The notes below the pieces were generated by a model that saw only the letters and a program-made list of their open reading frames with translations, did no database searches and had not been told where the DNA came from. Source: a virus (Duplodnaviria > Heunggongvirae > Uroviricota > Caudoviricetes). Taken from it: a DNA stretch of 53,434 nucleotides. The DNA lies in IMG/VR virus record IMGVR_UViG_3300024265_000032; one strand, given 5' to 3'. Shown piece by piece: positions 1-8,759 of the stretch (position 1 is the stretch's first letter; each line of letters opens with the position of its first letter). The translations under genes were made by a program, and so were the position numbers.

Positions 1-527
1 AATATTTGACCCAAGGACACAACAGTTGCGCCTTGATCCATGATGTCTCCTGTGAATTCAAATATTGGTTCTTCGATGTTGGCTATGATCTCGTCAACAC
101 CTTCCGCTCCCGTAATGGCTTTCAGCCTGTGTTGGACCTTTTGTGCTGCCACATACCCACGACGAGCAAGAGACAATTTGTAGATAACTACGACTAGTTT
201 TCTTACGTTATCCTCAGACGAACCAACTTCTTCTGTGAGAGATAGCAAATATTCAGAATGCTTACCTCCACCTACGAAGTCTTCGAATCCCAGAATCTTG
301 GCTACCGCCTGTATGTTCGGCAAATCGAATGTTTTGGCGTCTTGGTTGTGAACAAGATGAGTCAAAATCGTGAAAAGTTCTTGATTGTACATCCAGTAAA
401 AATCTTTGACACTGAGTATATCTTCGACGCCAAAGAAACAGTCTGACCCGTGGGCAATTATGCCAGCCAAGACTGCTCGTTCCATGCCTGAGTCTTGTAG
501 AATAGCGTTCGACTTATTGCTAACCAT
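1..527 (-). CDS. dnaB: DnaB-like replicative helicase, N-terminal domain (partial, runs off the left edge; absent from ORF track)
   Basis: Manual translation from ATG at 527 stays open to the window edge: MVSNKSNAILQDSGMERAVLAGIIAHG...ILSVKDFYWMYNQELFTIL...; the E-x-AVL-x-GI / DFY / IF pattern resembles the DnaB N-terminal domain; lies downstream of recA and dCMP deaminase. Confidence 0.65.
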   Translation of the reverse strand, partial: MVSNKSNAILQDSGMERAVLAGIIAHGSDCFFGVEDILSVKDFYWMYNQELFTILTHLVHNQDAKTFDLPNIQAVAKILGFEDFVGGGKHSEYLLSLTEEVGSSEDNVRKLVVVIYKLSLARRGYVAAQKVQHRLKAITGAEGVDEIIANIEEPIFEFTGDIMDQGATVVSLGQI

Positions 528-1113
528 TAAATTGACTCTTTCTGCCATTTAGACATGATGGACATTTTTGTCCCATTTGACCAGTCTGTCTATTTGACTC
601 AAAATCTCGTAGGCATTCATTGCATTGGACCTTGTATGTTTTGGTTGGTCGTTTTTCAAAATGGGTTCGATCAGTTTTCGCCGCCTTTTCCTTATTCTTA
701 GCGATTTCTTCTGGATCAGGAACATTCGTAATGTGCTGTACGGTTCCAATATCTCTCGGTCCGGGTGTCCTCCTATTGCCTTCAAGTACGATAGAAGAAT
801 CTTCACCCTCTTTGGAAATGGTTTTTGCTTTCTTCTTTCCGGTCTTCTTGGTTTTCTTGACCTTCTTTCTCTTTCCACGTCTTCTCGTGGAAGTTGCGGA
901 TTCAACCTCGGCTTCCTCAAGGCAAATTTCTGCGTTTACATCTAATCCCAATGCCGTCTCTGCAATGTCATGAATTTTCTGCATGGCTTCTGGGGCATTC
1001 ATCTGACCAGGAACAGGCAAACACTGACCGGTCAATCTTTCAAATCCTTCGCAAACAGTTTTCCAATTGCCAGCAAGGATGCCTTCTCCGATATCATCTA
1101 TTGGACTGCTCAT
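520..1113 (-). CDS. hypothetical protein with Lys-rich linker and C-terminal Zn ribbon
   Basis: 197-aa ORF packed between neighbours; CNEC...CPSC pair near C-terminus. Confidence 0.6.
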   Translation of the reverse strand: MSSPIDDIGEGILAGNWKTVCEGFERLTGQCLPVPGQMNAPEAMQKIHDIAETALGLDVNAEICLEEAEVESATSTRRRGKRKKVKKTKKTGKKKAKTISKEGEDSSIVLEGNRRTPGPRDIGTVQHITNVPDPEEIAKNKEKAAKTDRTHFEKRPTKTYKVQCNECLRDFESNRQTGQMGQKCPSCLNGRKSQFNG

Positions 1114-1529
1114 CTGTTGTTCCCTTCGTTGTACCGGGCTCGAACAAGCCCACTTATGCTCTGACCAACCAATTCTATTCTTCTAGCCAGATAAGCTATT
1201 CGCTCTAACCTCAACTCTGCTTTTCTGACCCACGACACCAATTTCGTGCGATCTTCCCCTAACAAACGATTGGTAATCTGCTCTGACCATTTAAGAAACG
1301 TCTTACACTCGTTTGCTTTTTGCTGTAGGAACAATGCGTATTGAGCCAAGATAACAGTATCTTCAGACAAGTCCACAGATGATTGTTCCCTCAGCAACTC
1401 TCTTGTAAAACCAAGAATGGTTTCTATCTCTGAGTTTTTCGGTTGATATTTCGGCAAGCCCAGTGATTTTACCCACCGGTCTAGTTCTGCGGAGTATGTC
1501 TCGGATTCTTCTTTGAGGTTACTCATCAT
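1110..1529 (-). CDS. hypothetical helical protein, possibly UvsY-like recombination mediator
   Basis: 139 aa, predicted helical, downstream of RecA/UvsX; the UvsY idea rests on size and context only. Confidence 0.4.
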   Translation of the reverse strand: MMSNLKEESETYSAELDRWVKSLGLPKYQPKNSEIETILGFTRELLREQSSVDLSEDTVILAQYALFLQQKANECKTFLKWSEQITNRLLGEDRTKLVSWVRKAELRLERIAYLARRIELVGQSISGLVRARYNEGNNR

Positions 1530-1878
1530 AAATTTCTAACAAACGAAATCCATTTAGTTCGCACCAATCACGTTTTTTCTGATCCACATCTTGCTGGTTG
1601 TGAAACTCTTTTCTGGTTTTGTGAAAATGCTTAACGTGCTTTTTGTGTTGTCTGCCATGGCATTCCACAACTAGATCGAGAGACGGTATGAAAAAGTCTA
1701 ATATAAATCCATCACCCGGCACGATAACTTCTTCGAAAATAACGTCATGAGGATATTTCAGAACCAATTGCTGGCCAACTTCGTACTGAAATTGCGATTT
1801 CGATTTGCCTCTTGTCCTGATACGCTTGTTGTTAAGACGCAGCGTTATTTGTTTTCCTCTGAGAGAAAGAACTTCCAT
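1519..1878 (-). CDS. Vsr/DUF559-like PD-(D/E)xK endonuclease
   Basis: FEE...ILDFFIP...VVECHGRQH...DQKKRDWCELNGFRLLEI pattern typical of this family. Confidence 0.65.
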   Translation of the reverse strand: MEVLSLRGKQITLRLNNKRIRTRGKSKSQFQYEVGQQLVLKYPHDVIFEEVIVPGDGFILDFFIPSLDLVVECHGRQHKKHVKHFHKTRKEFHNQQDVDQKKRDWCELNGFRLLEIYDE

Positions 1879-1879
1879 G

Positions 1880-2458
1880 TTACACCGCTATGTCTTCGCC
1901 ATTGAATCTTGTGATTACACCAACCTCTCCGTCATACAAACAACACTCAACTCCAGCCTCGTTCATCATCTCCCATGCATTAACGATAGACTCTACCCAA
2001 GTGGTATGGCTACCAGCCAAGGCCATCAATTGAGCATGTCCCACTACCTTGATAATACCAGCCTGAATGATCGCCTTGGCACACTCAGAACATGCATAGA
2101 ATGGGCAATACAGGGTTGTCTCCCTAGTCGCATTGCCGTTCCTGGCCGCATTGAAGATAGCACCGTTCTCGGCATGAACAACCATTCTGTATTTGGTGGT
2201 CTTGTCTGTCAGGCGACTCTGGGTCTCTGCGACTCCGTCAGGAAACTTATTCACACCATAAGACAAGATTCCATGGTGGCAACTGACAAGAACCGAACCG
2301 TTTTTTGTGCTCGGATCAGGGCTTACAGAGTTCGCGTGTTCGTATGCCTTCTGTAGCATCTGTCGATGCAAATAATCATTTGTCACGGTAAACGGGTGCT
2401 TTAGCCACGCTAGTTCGTCTCTAACACTAATCATCTTTTTTTTCCTCCGGAAGCACAA
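1880..2458 (-). CDS. dCMP deaminase (cytidine deaminase-like Zn enzyme)
   Basis: HAE motif (VVHAENGAI) and C-x2-C motif (ACSECAKAIIQAGI). Confidence 0.9.
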   Translation of the reverse strand: MCFRRKKKMISVRDELAWLKHPFTVTNDYLHRQMLQKAYEHANSVSPDPSTKNGSVLVSCHHGILSYGVNKFPDGVAETQSRLTDKTTKYRMVVHAENGAIFNAARNGNATRETTLYCPFYACSECAKAIIQAGIIKVVGHAQLMALAGSHTTWVESIVNAWEMMNEAGVECCLYDGEVGVITRFNGEDIAV

Positions 2459-3488
2459 TGCCTCTAACTTCCCTTTCGAGTTTTTCCAATTTGTCGGGGT
2501 TTTCTTTTAGAAAATTCGACAATCTAGCCAGACCCTGAAACTTAGGCGGGTTTTTCTTTTTCTCTGCGAACATTGGTATAGAATACCATGCACCGGCTTT
2601 CTCAATGAGTCCCAAGTTCTCCGCAGTATTTACGATGTCCCTAATTCTGTCGATACCTATGCCGTATCTCAGAGGTAATACGCAAGGCAATAGTGGTCGT
2701 CCCATTGCGGAGGATTGAACAGTTATGTGCATATCATGTCCATCGGGAGCGTTGGTTTCTGTATTGCGATCCCATTGCTGGGTCCACGCAACCTTTAGCC
2801 AAACAGAACATGCATATTGGATGGCTATGCCGCCTTTTTCTGTCCACTTCGGACCACGAGGCTCGCGGTTCGTCATCATTTGAGATATGAAAATCAGAAT
2901 AACATCCTGGGCATCAACTATTTGTTGTGCGCGTCTGAAAAATGCAGACAACAATTTCGCAGGGCCAGCCATGTCTTTGTTGCTACCAATGTCTTCTTCT
3001 TGTTCTGTCATAGTAGAAAGTGCAGCGATGCTATCTACCACTACGACGGCCCTGTTCTGCGTCTTGGCAATTCTCTCGATGATATTCAGATAGTCTTCTG
3101 CTGTTAAAGCCTTCTCTACTTTATGAGGGACAACCTGTAGCTTAGAAGGATCAAGTCCTTGGATAGTTTCCAGAAGCGCAGGAGTACATCTTTTCTCGAT
3201 ATTGACGTAGAACGTCGGTCTATTTTCTATCTGGGCATTCCTGAGTATTTCCAAACATAATGTTGTCTTGCCACTCTTTGGCTTTCCAGTAATCAGACAA
3301 ATCGTTCCGTCAGGTATTCCACCGCTTAATGCTATGTCCAAAGAAAGAGGTGTGTGTAGCAACTCTCTAGATTGCGGAGGCAAAGCCTTGTCTGCCGTAG
3401 CAATAATGCCTTCGCCATGTATTCTGGTTAAAAAAGCATCCAAACTTTCGTTTTCAATCTTAGGTTTTCTTTTAACCATTTTCAGCAT
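2427..3488 (-). CDS. recA: RecA/UvsX-family recombinase
   Basis: LDIALSGGIP, Walker A GKPKSGKT, Walker B VVVVDSIAAL, IFISQ, GG-x-A-x-x-Y, IEKAGAWYS. Confidence 0.9.
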   Translation of the reverse strand: MLKMVKRKPKIENESLDAFLTRIHGEGIIATADKALPPQSRELLHTPLSLDIALSGGIPDGTICLITGKPKSGKTTLCLEILRNAQIENRPTFYVNIEKRCTPALLETIQGLDPSKLQVVPHKVEKALTAEDYLNIIERIAKTQNRAVVVVDSIAALSTMTEQEEDIGSNKDMAGPAKLLSAFFRRAQQIVDAQDVILIFISQMMTNREPRGPKWTEKGGIAIQYACSVWLKVAWTQQWDRNTETNAPDGHDMHITVQSSAMGRPLLPCVLPLRYGIGIDRIRDIVNTAENLGLIEKAGAWYSIPMFAEKKKNPPKFQGLARLSNFLKENPDKLEKLEREVRGIVLPEEKKDD

Positions 3489-3942
3489 CTCTTATCTTTG
3501 CAAGGACATTCTTTCTTCCCGTATCTACAAAAGTAGCATTTTTCTTGGAGTCGATTTTGGTTGGCTGCTTTTTATTGGACAGAGATTCTCTTTGGCTCAG
3601 CAGTTCTTGATAACACTTATGAGTCAACCTAACCACCCTCGCAACTGTTTTCTTAGAAACTAGCGCCTTGATGTAGTTGGTTTTGATCACCTTTATGAGT
3701 GCTACCTGAACGAGTGTGTCCCCCAAATCCAATTCTCTCCCAAGATTGGACATGCCTCGTATTTCTCTTCCGTATTTTGGCCCCCAGTATTTCCTGTCCG
3801 ACCAAAATCGCGGCCCTATTTTCTGGTTTACATTCAAGCAAACCATCTCTATGATGTAATCTCTAAATGCGATATAGAGTCCCGGCGTTGTCGGCGAGGC
3901 GTATGGATGTTTTTCACTTTGAGGCTGGTGTTTGATACCCAC
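3472..3942 (-). CDS. hypothetical protein
   Basis: 156-aa ORF abutting neighbours on the coding strand. Confidence 0.6.
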   Translation of the reverse strand: MGIKHQPQSEKHPYASPTTPGLYIAFRDYIIEMVCLNVNQKIGPRFWSDRKYWGPKYGREIRGMSNLGRELDLGDTLVQVALIKVIKTNYIKALVSKKTVARVVRLTHKCYQELLSQRESLSNKKQPTKIDSKKNATFVDTGRKNVLAKIRDAENG

Positions 3943-4379
3943 TATGGATTCCGTATCAAAAAGAAACCTGCATTTTCAACAGTTCGTTCTTCTGCTATCG
4001 CATGATCAAACTTGGGCTGTCGGTGCCAAATCACTTCGATTTTATTGCCATCGTAAAATCCAACCGCAACGTAATTATTTTGACCACCACCCCATACAGC
4101 CTGCTGTTTGTTGCCAAAAAAATATCCCTTTTGATTTGGTGGCATTTTGACATCTACACCGTTTGGACCCTGTAGTCTTATTCCGGTGATAGAAATGTTC
4201 GGATTGACTTCCATCCATTTTGCCAATCTTGCCCACGCTGCTCTTTCGTCTGGGCGATTGTCCTGGATTACAGTTCTCCCGTCCGAAAGAGATGCTAAAA
4301 ATCGGACAACAGGCGTTTTATTGGTTACAACAAACGCCAGTTGTTCATCGCCGACAGTGTCAATAGAATCGGTCATCAA
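3942..4379 (-). CDS. hypothetical protein
   Basis: 145-aa ORF, RBS GGGAG upstream, 1-nt overlap with next gene. Confidence 0.6.
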   Translation of the reverse strand: MMTDSIDTVGDEQLAFVVTNKTPVVRFLASLSDGRTVIQDNRPDERAAWARLAKWMEVNPNISITGIRLQGPNGVDVKMPPNQKGYFFGNKQQAVWGGGQNNYVAVGFYDGNKIEVIWHRQPKFDHAIAEERTVENAGFFLIRNP

Positions 4380-4380
4380 T

Positions 4381-4752
4381 CTACTCCCTATCTTTTTGTT
4401 CCTTGGCGTATGGAGAACGATTGAGTTCTTTGTCTGCCCTCTGAGACTCAGAACCGGTCATTGCCACAACACCCTTGCCAGCATCCAAAGCCCTTCTCTT
4501 GTCCTTCGGCTTCATACAAACAATACGGTCACTATCACTGGACTTCTCTTCTTTTTCCTTAACAACCTCAACAACCACTTTCTTACTATTTACGGTTTCA
4601 AAAGCCGTACACATAGACTCAATCTCCTTGAGGAACTCAGCCCTAGTCTTCGTACTTTTCCGACCAAGATTCACGGTTGAATTTTCCACAAACTTCAGAA
4701 GGTCTTTTTTGAATTTCTTAAAAGTCACTGCGAAATCTCCTTTGTGCCACAA
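4381..4752 (-). CDS. hypothetical protein
   Basis: 123-aa ORF on the coding strand; start uncertain. Confidence 0.55.
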   Translation of the reverse strand: MWHKGDFAVTFKKFKKDLLKFVENSTVNLGRKSTKTRAEFLKEIESMCTAFETVNSKKVVVEVVKEKEEKSSDSDRIVCMKPKDKRRALDAGKGVVAMTGSESQRADKELNRSPYAKEQKDRE

Positions 4753-5050
4753 TAAATGGCGTTCTGCTCTTGCTCCGTAAAAATTCTGTATACGAATCGT
4801 AACATTGTTTACTACACGCTTTCAGTCTCCAGAACATCCCTCCGCGCTCACGGTCTTTTTTGAATAAATTGTTGTTAGTGTCGAGTGTGTCAAATAAATC
4901 ACCCTCATTAGAAGCAAGAACAAAATACCTATCGTTACACCATTGCGCAAAGACATTGAAATTAGAGCACATCTTTACTGGCTCGTCGGGGCCATTAACA
5001 ATTTCATGCGGTGTGCCGCTCTCGTCGACCTGTATTATTTTGGTTCTCAT
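4718..5050 (-). CDS. hypothetical protein
   Basis: 110-aa ORF, 4-nt overlap with upstream gene. Confidence 0.6.
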   Translation of the reverse strand: MRTKIIQVDESGTPHEIVNGPDEPVKMCSNFNVFAQWCNDRYFVLASNEGDLFDTLDTNNNLFKKDRERGGMFWRLKACSKQCYDSYTEFLRSKSRTPFIVAQRRFRSDF

Positions 5051-5379
5051 TTTTTCCGCGCCTTAAAAAATATGTCAGCCTCAACCGGAGCGCCTTCACC
5101 ATCGTCAACATCGAAAATCATGTCGTCGTTAGGAGCACCCGGAGCAAATTGGCCAATGACTTGTTCTACGTCTGAATATGAACCACAAGTCCCACATTCT
5201 ACCACCACTCTCGACAACACCTTAGCTTTGGTGTTTCCTTTGATCGCAATCAGTTGCAAACACAGCAATTCTTGCCCACAACCATTACACTTGAAATAGA
5301 CACGACCATTGTCCACTAACCCCTTTAGCGGTCGATTTTCTCTACCGACTTGTTCTACCCGCAACTTAGGATTCTCCAT
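5047..5379 (-). CDS. Zn-finger hypothetical protein
   Basis: CNGC and CGTC pairs; RBS GGAG. Confidence 0.6.
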   Translation of the reverse strand: MENPKLRVEQVGRENRPLKGLVDNGRVYFKCNGCGQELLCLQLIAIKGNTKAKVLSRVVVECGTCGSYSDVEQVIGQFAPGAPNDDMIFDVDDGEGAPVEADIFFKARKK

Positions 5380-5795
5380 TACTCCACCTTTCCCTCTCGA
5401 ATGTATTTTCCTGGATTGTTCAATATCTTCTTGTCAATCTTGCCATCTCTCCAGAAAGGTTTACCACTTTTGTTCTTTCCTCGGCCTAGCTTGTCACCCA
5501 GCTTAGGTTTCCTTCGCTTGTCATTTTTGACCGTTCTTGTCCCACGACACGGATTCTCCGTACCCTTTACTACCACAGCCGCTCCTGGCCCTATCAACTT
5601 CATCAATTTGGATTTACCGCACTCTGGACAATCCTTGAGCGGTTCTGCTAACATCGAGTGAAAAGCCTCAAATTCGAACCCACATTCTTCACATTCGTAA
5701 TCGTAGGTTGGCGTGATGCACCCCCTTTGTAACGATCTTTTTGACTCCGGGATAGAACAACACGTCAGGAAGCTTCCTTCTCTTAAGCATAACAT
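5379..5795 (-). CDS. FmdB-family zinc-ribbon protein (start ambiguous, 5795 or 5714)
   Basis: PTYDYECEECG...F...HSM...PL..CPECG..KL.KLIG...VKG matches the FmdB pattern. Confidence 0.8.
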   Translation of the reverse strand: MLCLREGSFLTCCSIPESKRSLQRGCITPTYDYECEECGFEFEAFHSMLAEPLKDCPECGKSKLMKLIGPGAAVVVKGTENPCRGTRTVKNDKRRKPKLGDKLGRGKNKSGKPFWRDGKIDKKILNNPGKYIREGKVE

Positions 5796-5847
5796 TCCTT
5801 TTTTTCGTGTTTTCTGGGATCAGGATATCTATCATGATGATACCTCA

Positions 5848-6444
5848 TTATACGTCCAACTCGGCCTTTTGTGCCATAGAAATCGTATCTATTTCAAAAG
5901 TTTTTTTAGCAAATACCCCGAGACACTTACGATGTTTGTGGGTACAGCGGCCTTTTTTCACTTCTTCGTGTATCTGCTCTTTGATGGCATGTATAGTTTC
6001 GGGTGAACGTTTCCCAACCCTCTGAACGGCAGCGGTGATAAGACTGAGCATACTTCCTCGTCTCATGAAGGCGCGTATCAGGAGAAGTCCTGCGGCGACG
6101 AATATGAAGACTATGACACCGGTCCCAACAACCACCCATCCAGCCCCACCATAATTTATGGTTTCCGCTTGTACGCTTTTTCTCCATAGGGAGAGTTCTT
6201 CGGCAACTTGGTTGGTCTGTTCGATCCTATTGTTGACCTGTTCTATTTTTTCAGCAACAACTGAACTGTTGGCCTTCTGTTCGACAAGCTTCTCCATCTT
6301 TCCCATATCGTTGCGGATACCCTGGATGTCGGTCTTGATTGCGTCAGGAGCAACACACCCTGGCACGACGCAAAAGAGTAGGGCTAAGAAGATAGCCGCT
6401 TTCGCATTTCTTTGTTTCGTTGCTTTCTGGTTTTTTGCTCGCAC
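5848..6444 (-). CDS. predicted lipoprotein/membrane protein (signal + coiled coil + TM helix)
   Basis: GTG at 6444 with AAGGAG RBS; hydrophobic AAIFLALLFCVVPG-C; second hydrophobic span GWVVVGTGVIVFIFVAAGLLLI. Confidence 0.6.
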   Translation of the reverse strand: MRAKNQKATKQRNAKAAIFLALLFCVVPGCVAPDAIKTDIQGIRNDMGKMEKLVEQKANSSVVAEKIEQVNNRIEQTNQVAEELSLWRKSVQAETINYGGAGWVVVGTGVIVFIFVAAGLLLIRAFMRRGSMLSLITAAVQRVGKRSPETIHAIKEQIHEEVKKGRCTHKHRKCLGVFAKKTFEIDTISMAQKAELDV

Positions 6445-6848
6445 TTTTCCGCTCTCCTTTCGAATACTGCGTTGACCAAGGCATCTGCTCGTTTGTTTTG
6501 GTTCCGTGGTACCCATTTCAGAGTATAGAATTCGAATTTGTCCAACAGATCAAGAACATAGTCTCGATGCGCTCTTAGCTCTGTTTTGTCGGCTTTGAAT
6601 GCTCCTGTCAGTTGTTTGATCACAAGCTGGCTGTCTCCGATGATATGTATGATCTTGACGCCATGTTGAAGACTGCCTTTCAATCCAGCAATGAGCGCCC
6701 TGTATTCTGCAATGTTGGATGTTCCCGTACCACACGTTCTGTTGCCAGATTTTAACACTTCATTTTCGTCTAGCATATCCACAAGAAGATAGCCATAGGC
6801 CATCTGCCCTTTTCTAATTCCTCCGTCGAAGTACAGGGTCGCTTCCAT
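6384..6848 (-). CDS. rnhA: ribonuclease HI
   Basis: YFDGG, TSNIAEYRALIAGL, GDSQLVI, WVPR..N..ADAL: all four catalytic acidic residues present. Confidence 0.92.
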   Translation of the reverse strand: MEATLYFDGGIRKGQMAYGYLLVDMLDENEVLKSGNRTCGTGTSNIAEYRALIAGLKGSLQHGVKIIHIIGDSQLVIKQLTGAFKADKTELRAHRDYVLDLLDKFEFYTLKWVPRNQNKRADALVNAVFERRAEKCEQKTRKQRNKEMRKRLSS

Positions 6849-6851
6849 GTA

Positions 6852-7541
6852 CTATTTGACCCCCTTAATGTGTAGATGTGCAGTTTTGTGTACATTATTT
6901 TCTTGCATATAGACAACATTCTGGAAATGTGTTCCTATATCGTATCGTAGGTAGATAGAAAATCCATATCGTCCAAGGTAGTCTGAAAGTTCATTCTCTG
7001 ATGGTTCTCCTACTCGTCTCGGCTGAATACTTACTTCCAGATTGATCCATTTTACTCTCCCTGATCCTAGTAACTTGTGACCACCCTTGAGTGCTTCTAA
7101 CTCAGAACCTTCTATGTCCATCCACAGAAAAATATCTTCAGGAAACTTCAACACTTCATCAAGATGATCTAGTGTTGTGCAACAAACGATTCCTTTACTG
7201 CATGTTGTTTTTTGTTTGTATGACCACTTACCTACCCATCGATCGTCAGGAGCGAGCATACTGGATTTACCCTTGCTTTTTCTGACCATAGAAAGTATTT
7301 TGAGACATGGGGTACTCCATAATCCCCATGGGTATATTTTACCTGGATATTTAGAAGCTCTTTCTCTGAATATGTTTATATGTGGTTCAAGACCTATTAT
7401 TCTCATCTTCGGCCATCGAGCTTGAAATACTTCAGCCTCGTTGTGGGGTACAGGACCAACTCCAATGTTTAACAAAGTCTTTGGCTCAATTTCAGCACAA
7501 CTTTCCAACATTTCGTCTGTTGTCATTTTGTTCGTAGGCAT
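6852..7541 (-). CDS. FkbM-family SAM-dependent methyltransferase
   Basis: IG.G, LEP, TTLD, WMDIEGSELEALKGG, INLEV motifs. Confidence 0.8.
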   Translation of the reverse strand: MPTNKMTTDEMLESCAEIEPKTLLNIGVGPVPHNEAEVFQARWPKMRIIGLEPHINIFRERASKYPGKIYPWGLWSTPCLKILSMVRKSKGKSSMLAPDDRWVGKWSYKQKTTCSKGIVCCTTLDHLDEVLKFPEDIFLWMDIEGSELEALKGGHKLLGSGRVKWINLEVSIQPRRVGEPSENELSDYLGRYGFSIYLRYDIGTHFQNVVYMQENNVHKTAHLHIKGVK

Positions 7542-8494
7542 CAGAATGGAGTCTCATCGTCACCAATTTCAGTCTTGGCACCAGGGCACATTTCACGGAA
7601 GAAACATCTCGTACAGGCGTGTTCATTGTCTGTTCGTTGAAAGTAATCAGGATTGTCTTTGTTCTCAAAGGCTTCTGTCAACATTGGGTACTCACTCCTG
7701 ATTATACCCGCTTGTCTTTTCATATGCTGCATTGTCACTTCTAGGTATGGAGTAGCCCGATCGCCGAGTTCTGCATAAGTTGCTAGATAAACAGGTATGA
7801 TGATTATGTTCTCTGGTTTGTCGGTCCATCCTTGCTTGAGCGCATACATTGAATATGTCGTGAGTTGATCGATAACACTATCGCTAACGCGACCAGTTTT
7901 CCAATCCAAGAGATATATCTTACATTGATACCTGAAGCCACAGTCAATCTTAAGGGTAACTTCTTCCCCCGTATTGAGTTGGAATTTTTGGAAATCTTCT
8001 ATTGATAACCAGTCTTCTTTTTTGAGACCCCGAAGAATTTCAAACAAAGGCATTTCATAGAATGCCTTCAGTGATCGAAGAACTTTCTGTTTGAATTCTT
8101 TCAACCTTTTTGGATCGAGTTCTTCCTGGTAGAAGTGTTCTGCTAGATTGACATTTTTGGCGGGGCTATCTTGCCATCTTTTGTTTTTGGATTGCTTCCA
8201 CCCTCGCCTCAGTCGTTGCACAGCAGCTTCTTGTGCTTGTTTTAATGTCCACCATCGACCTGTATTTCTGCCATCGTGTATTACTTCTTCGATAGTGTCG
8301 TGGACAACGCTCCCTATAAACATGGGAAGATTGGTCATCTTCTTGAGCATGTATGCCCGTTGGCACTCTTGTGGGGCACTGCCAAGCCAGCCTTCCCAAC
8401 TTTGGAAGTACGTCAAATAGTATTGCCACGCACATTCTCTGAAAGTCTTGACTCTTGAGTTTGACCATGCGTAGGTCAGTTCAATTTTTCCCAT
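7541..8494 (-). CDS. PD-(D/E)xK (RecB/Cas4-like) exonuclease
   Basis: WSNSRVKTFREC, GSVVHDTIE, KIDCG...LLDWKTG, QLTTYSMY, C-terminal CTRCFFREMC. Confidence 0.85.
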   Translation of the reverse strand: MGKIELTYAWSNSRVKTFRECAWQYYLTYFQSWEGWLGSAPQECQRAYMLKKMTNLPMFIGSVVHDTIEEVIHDGRNTGRWWTLKQAQEAAVQRLRRGWKQSKNKRWQDSPAKNVNLAEHFYQEELDPKRLKEFKQKVLRSLKAFYEMPLFEILRGLKKEDWLSIEDFQKFQLNTGEEVTLKIDCGFRYQCKIYLLDWKTGRVSDSVIDQLTTYSMYALKQGWTDKPENIIIIPVYLATYAELGDRATPYLEVTMQHMKRQAGIIRSEYPMLTEAFENKDNPDYFQRTDNEHACTRCFFREMCPGAKTEIGDDETPF

Positions 8495-8506
8495 ATCTCA
8501 TCTCTC

Positions 8507-8758
8507 TTATTTACATTCTTGGCACGTAACTGTATGGTATTGTGTTCTGTTCTCTCCGCACGTAGCTTGTCTGTTAGATGCTTCTCTATCCGCCTCTTCA
8601 TGTCTACCTTTTCCCTTACATTTCTTACAGATAGCTTTGCGAAGCCTTTTCACACAATCAACACAAAAGTCATAAAGGCCAATGCCTGGAACAGTAAGTT
8701 CCACACTTGACTCTGGGTCTATGGTATTTTTGCACAAATCACAAACACAAGTTCTCAT
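8507..8758 (-). CDS. Zn-finger hypothetical protein
   Basis: CDLC, CVDC, CKKC, CQEC; start trimmed to ATG 8758 after AGGGG RBS. Confidence 0.55.
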   Translation of the reverse strand: MRTCVCDLCKNTIDPESSVELTVPGIGLYDFCVDCVKRLRKAICKKCKGKGRHEEADREASNRQATCGENRTQYHTVTCQECK

Positions 8759-8759
8759 T

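Noticed and set aside
7541-8494. Cas4/CRISPR-associated locus or CRISPR array
   Set aside because: No repeat-spacer array or other cas genes seen. Stand-alone PD-(D/E)xK exonucleases are common in phage recombination modules.
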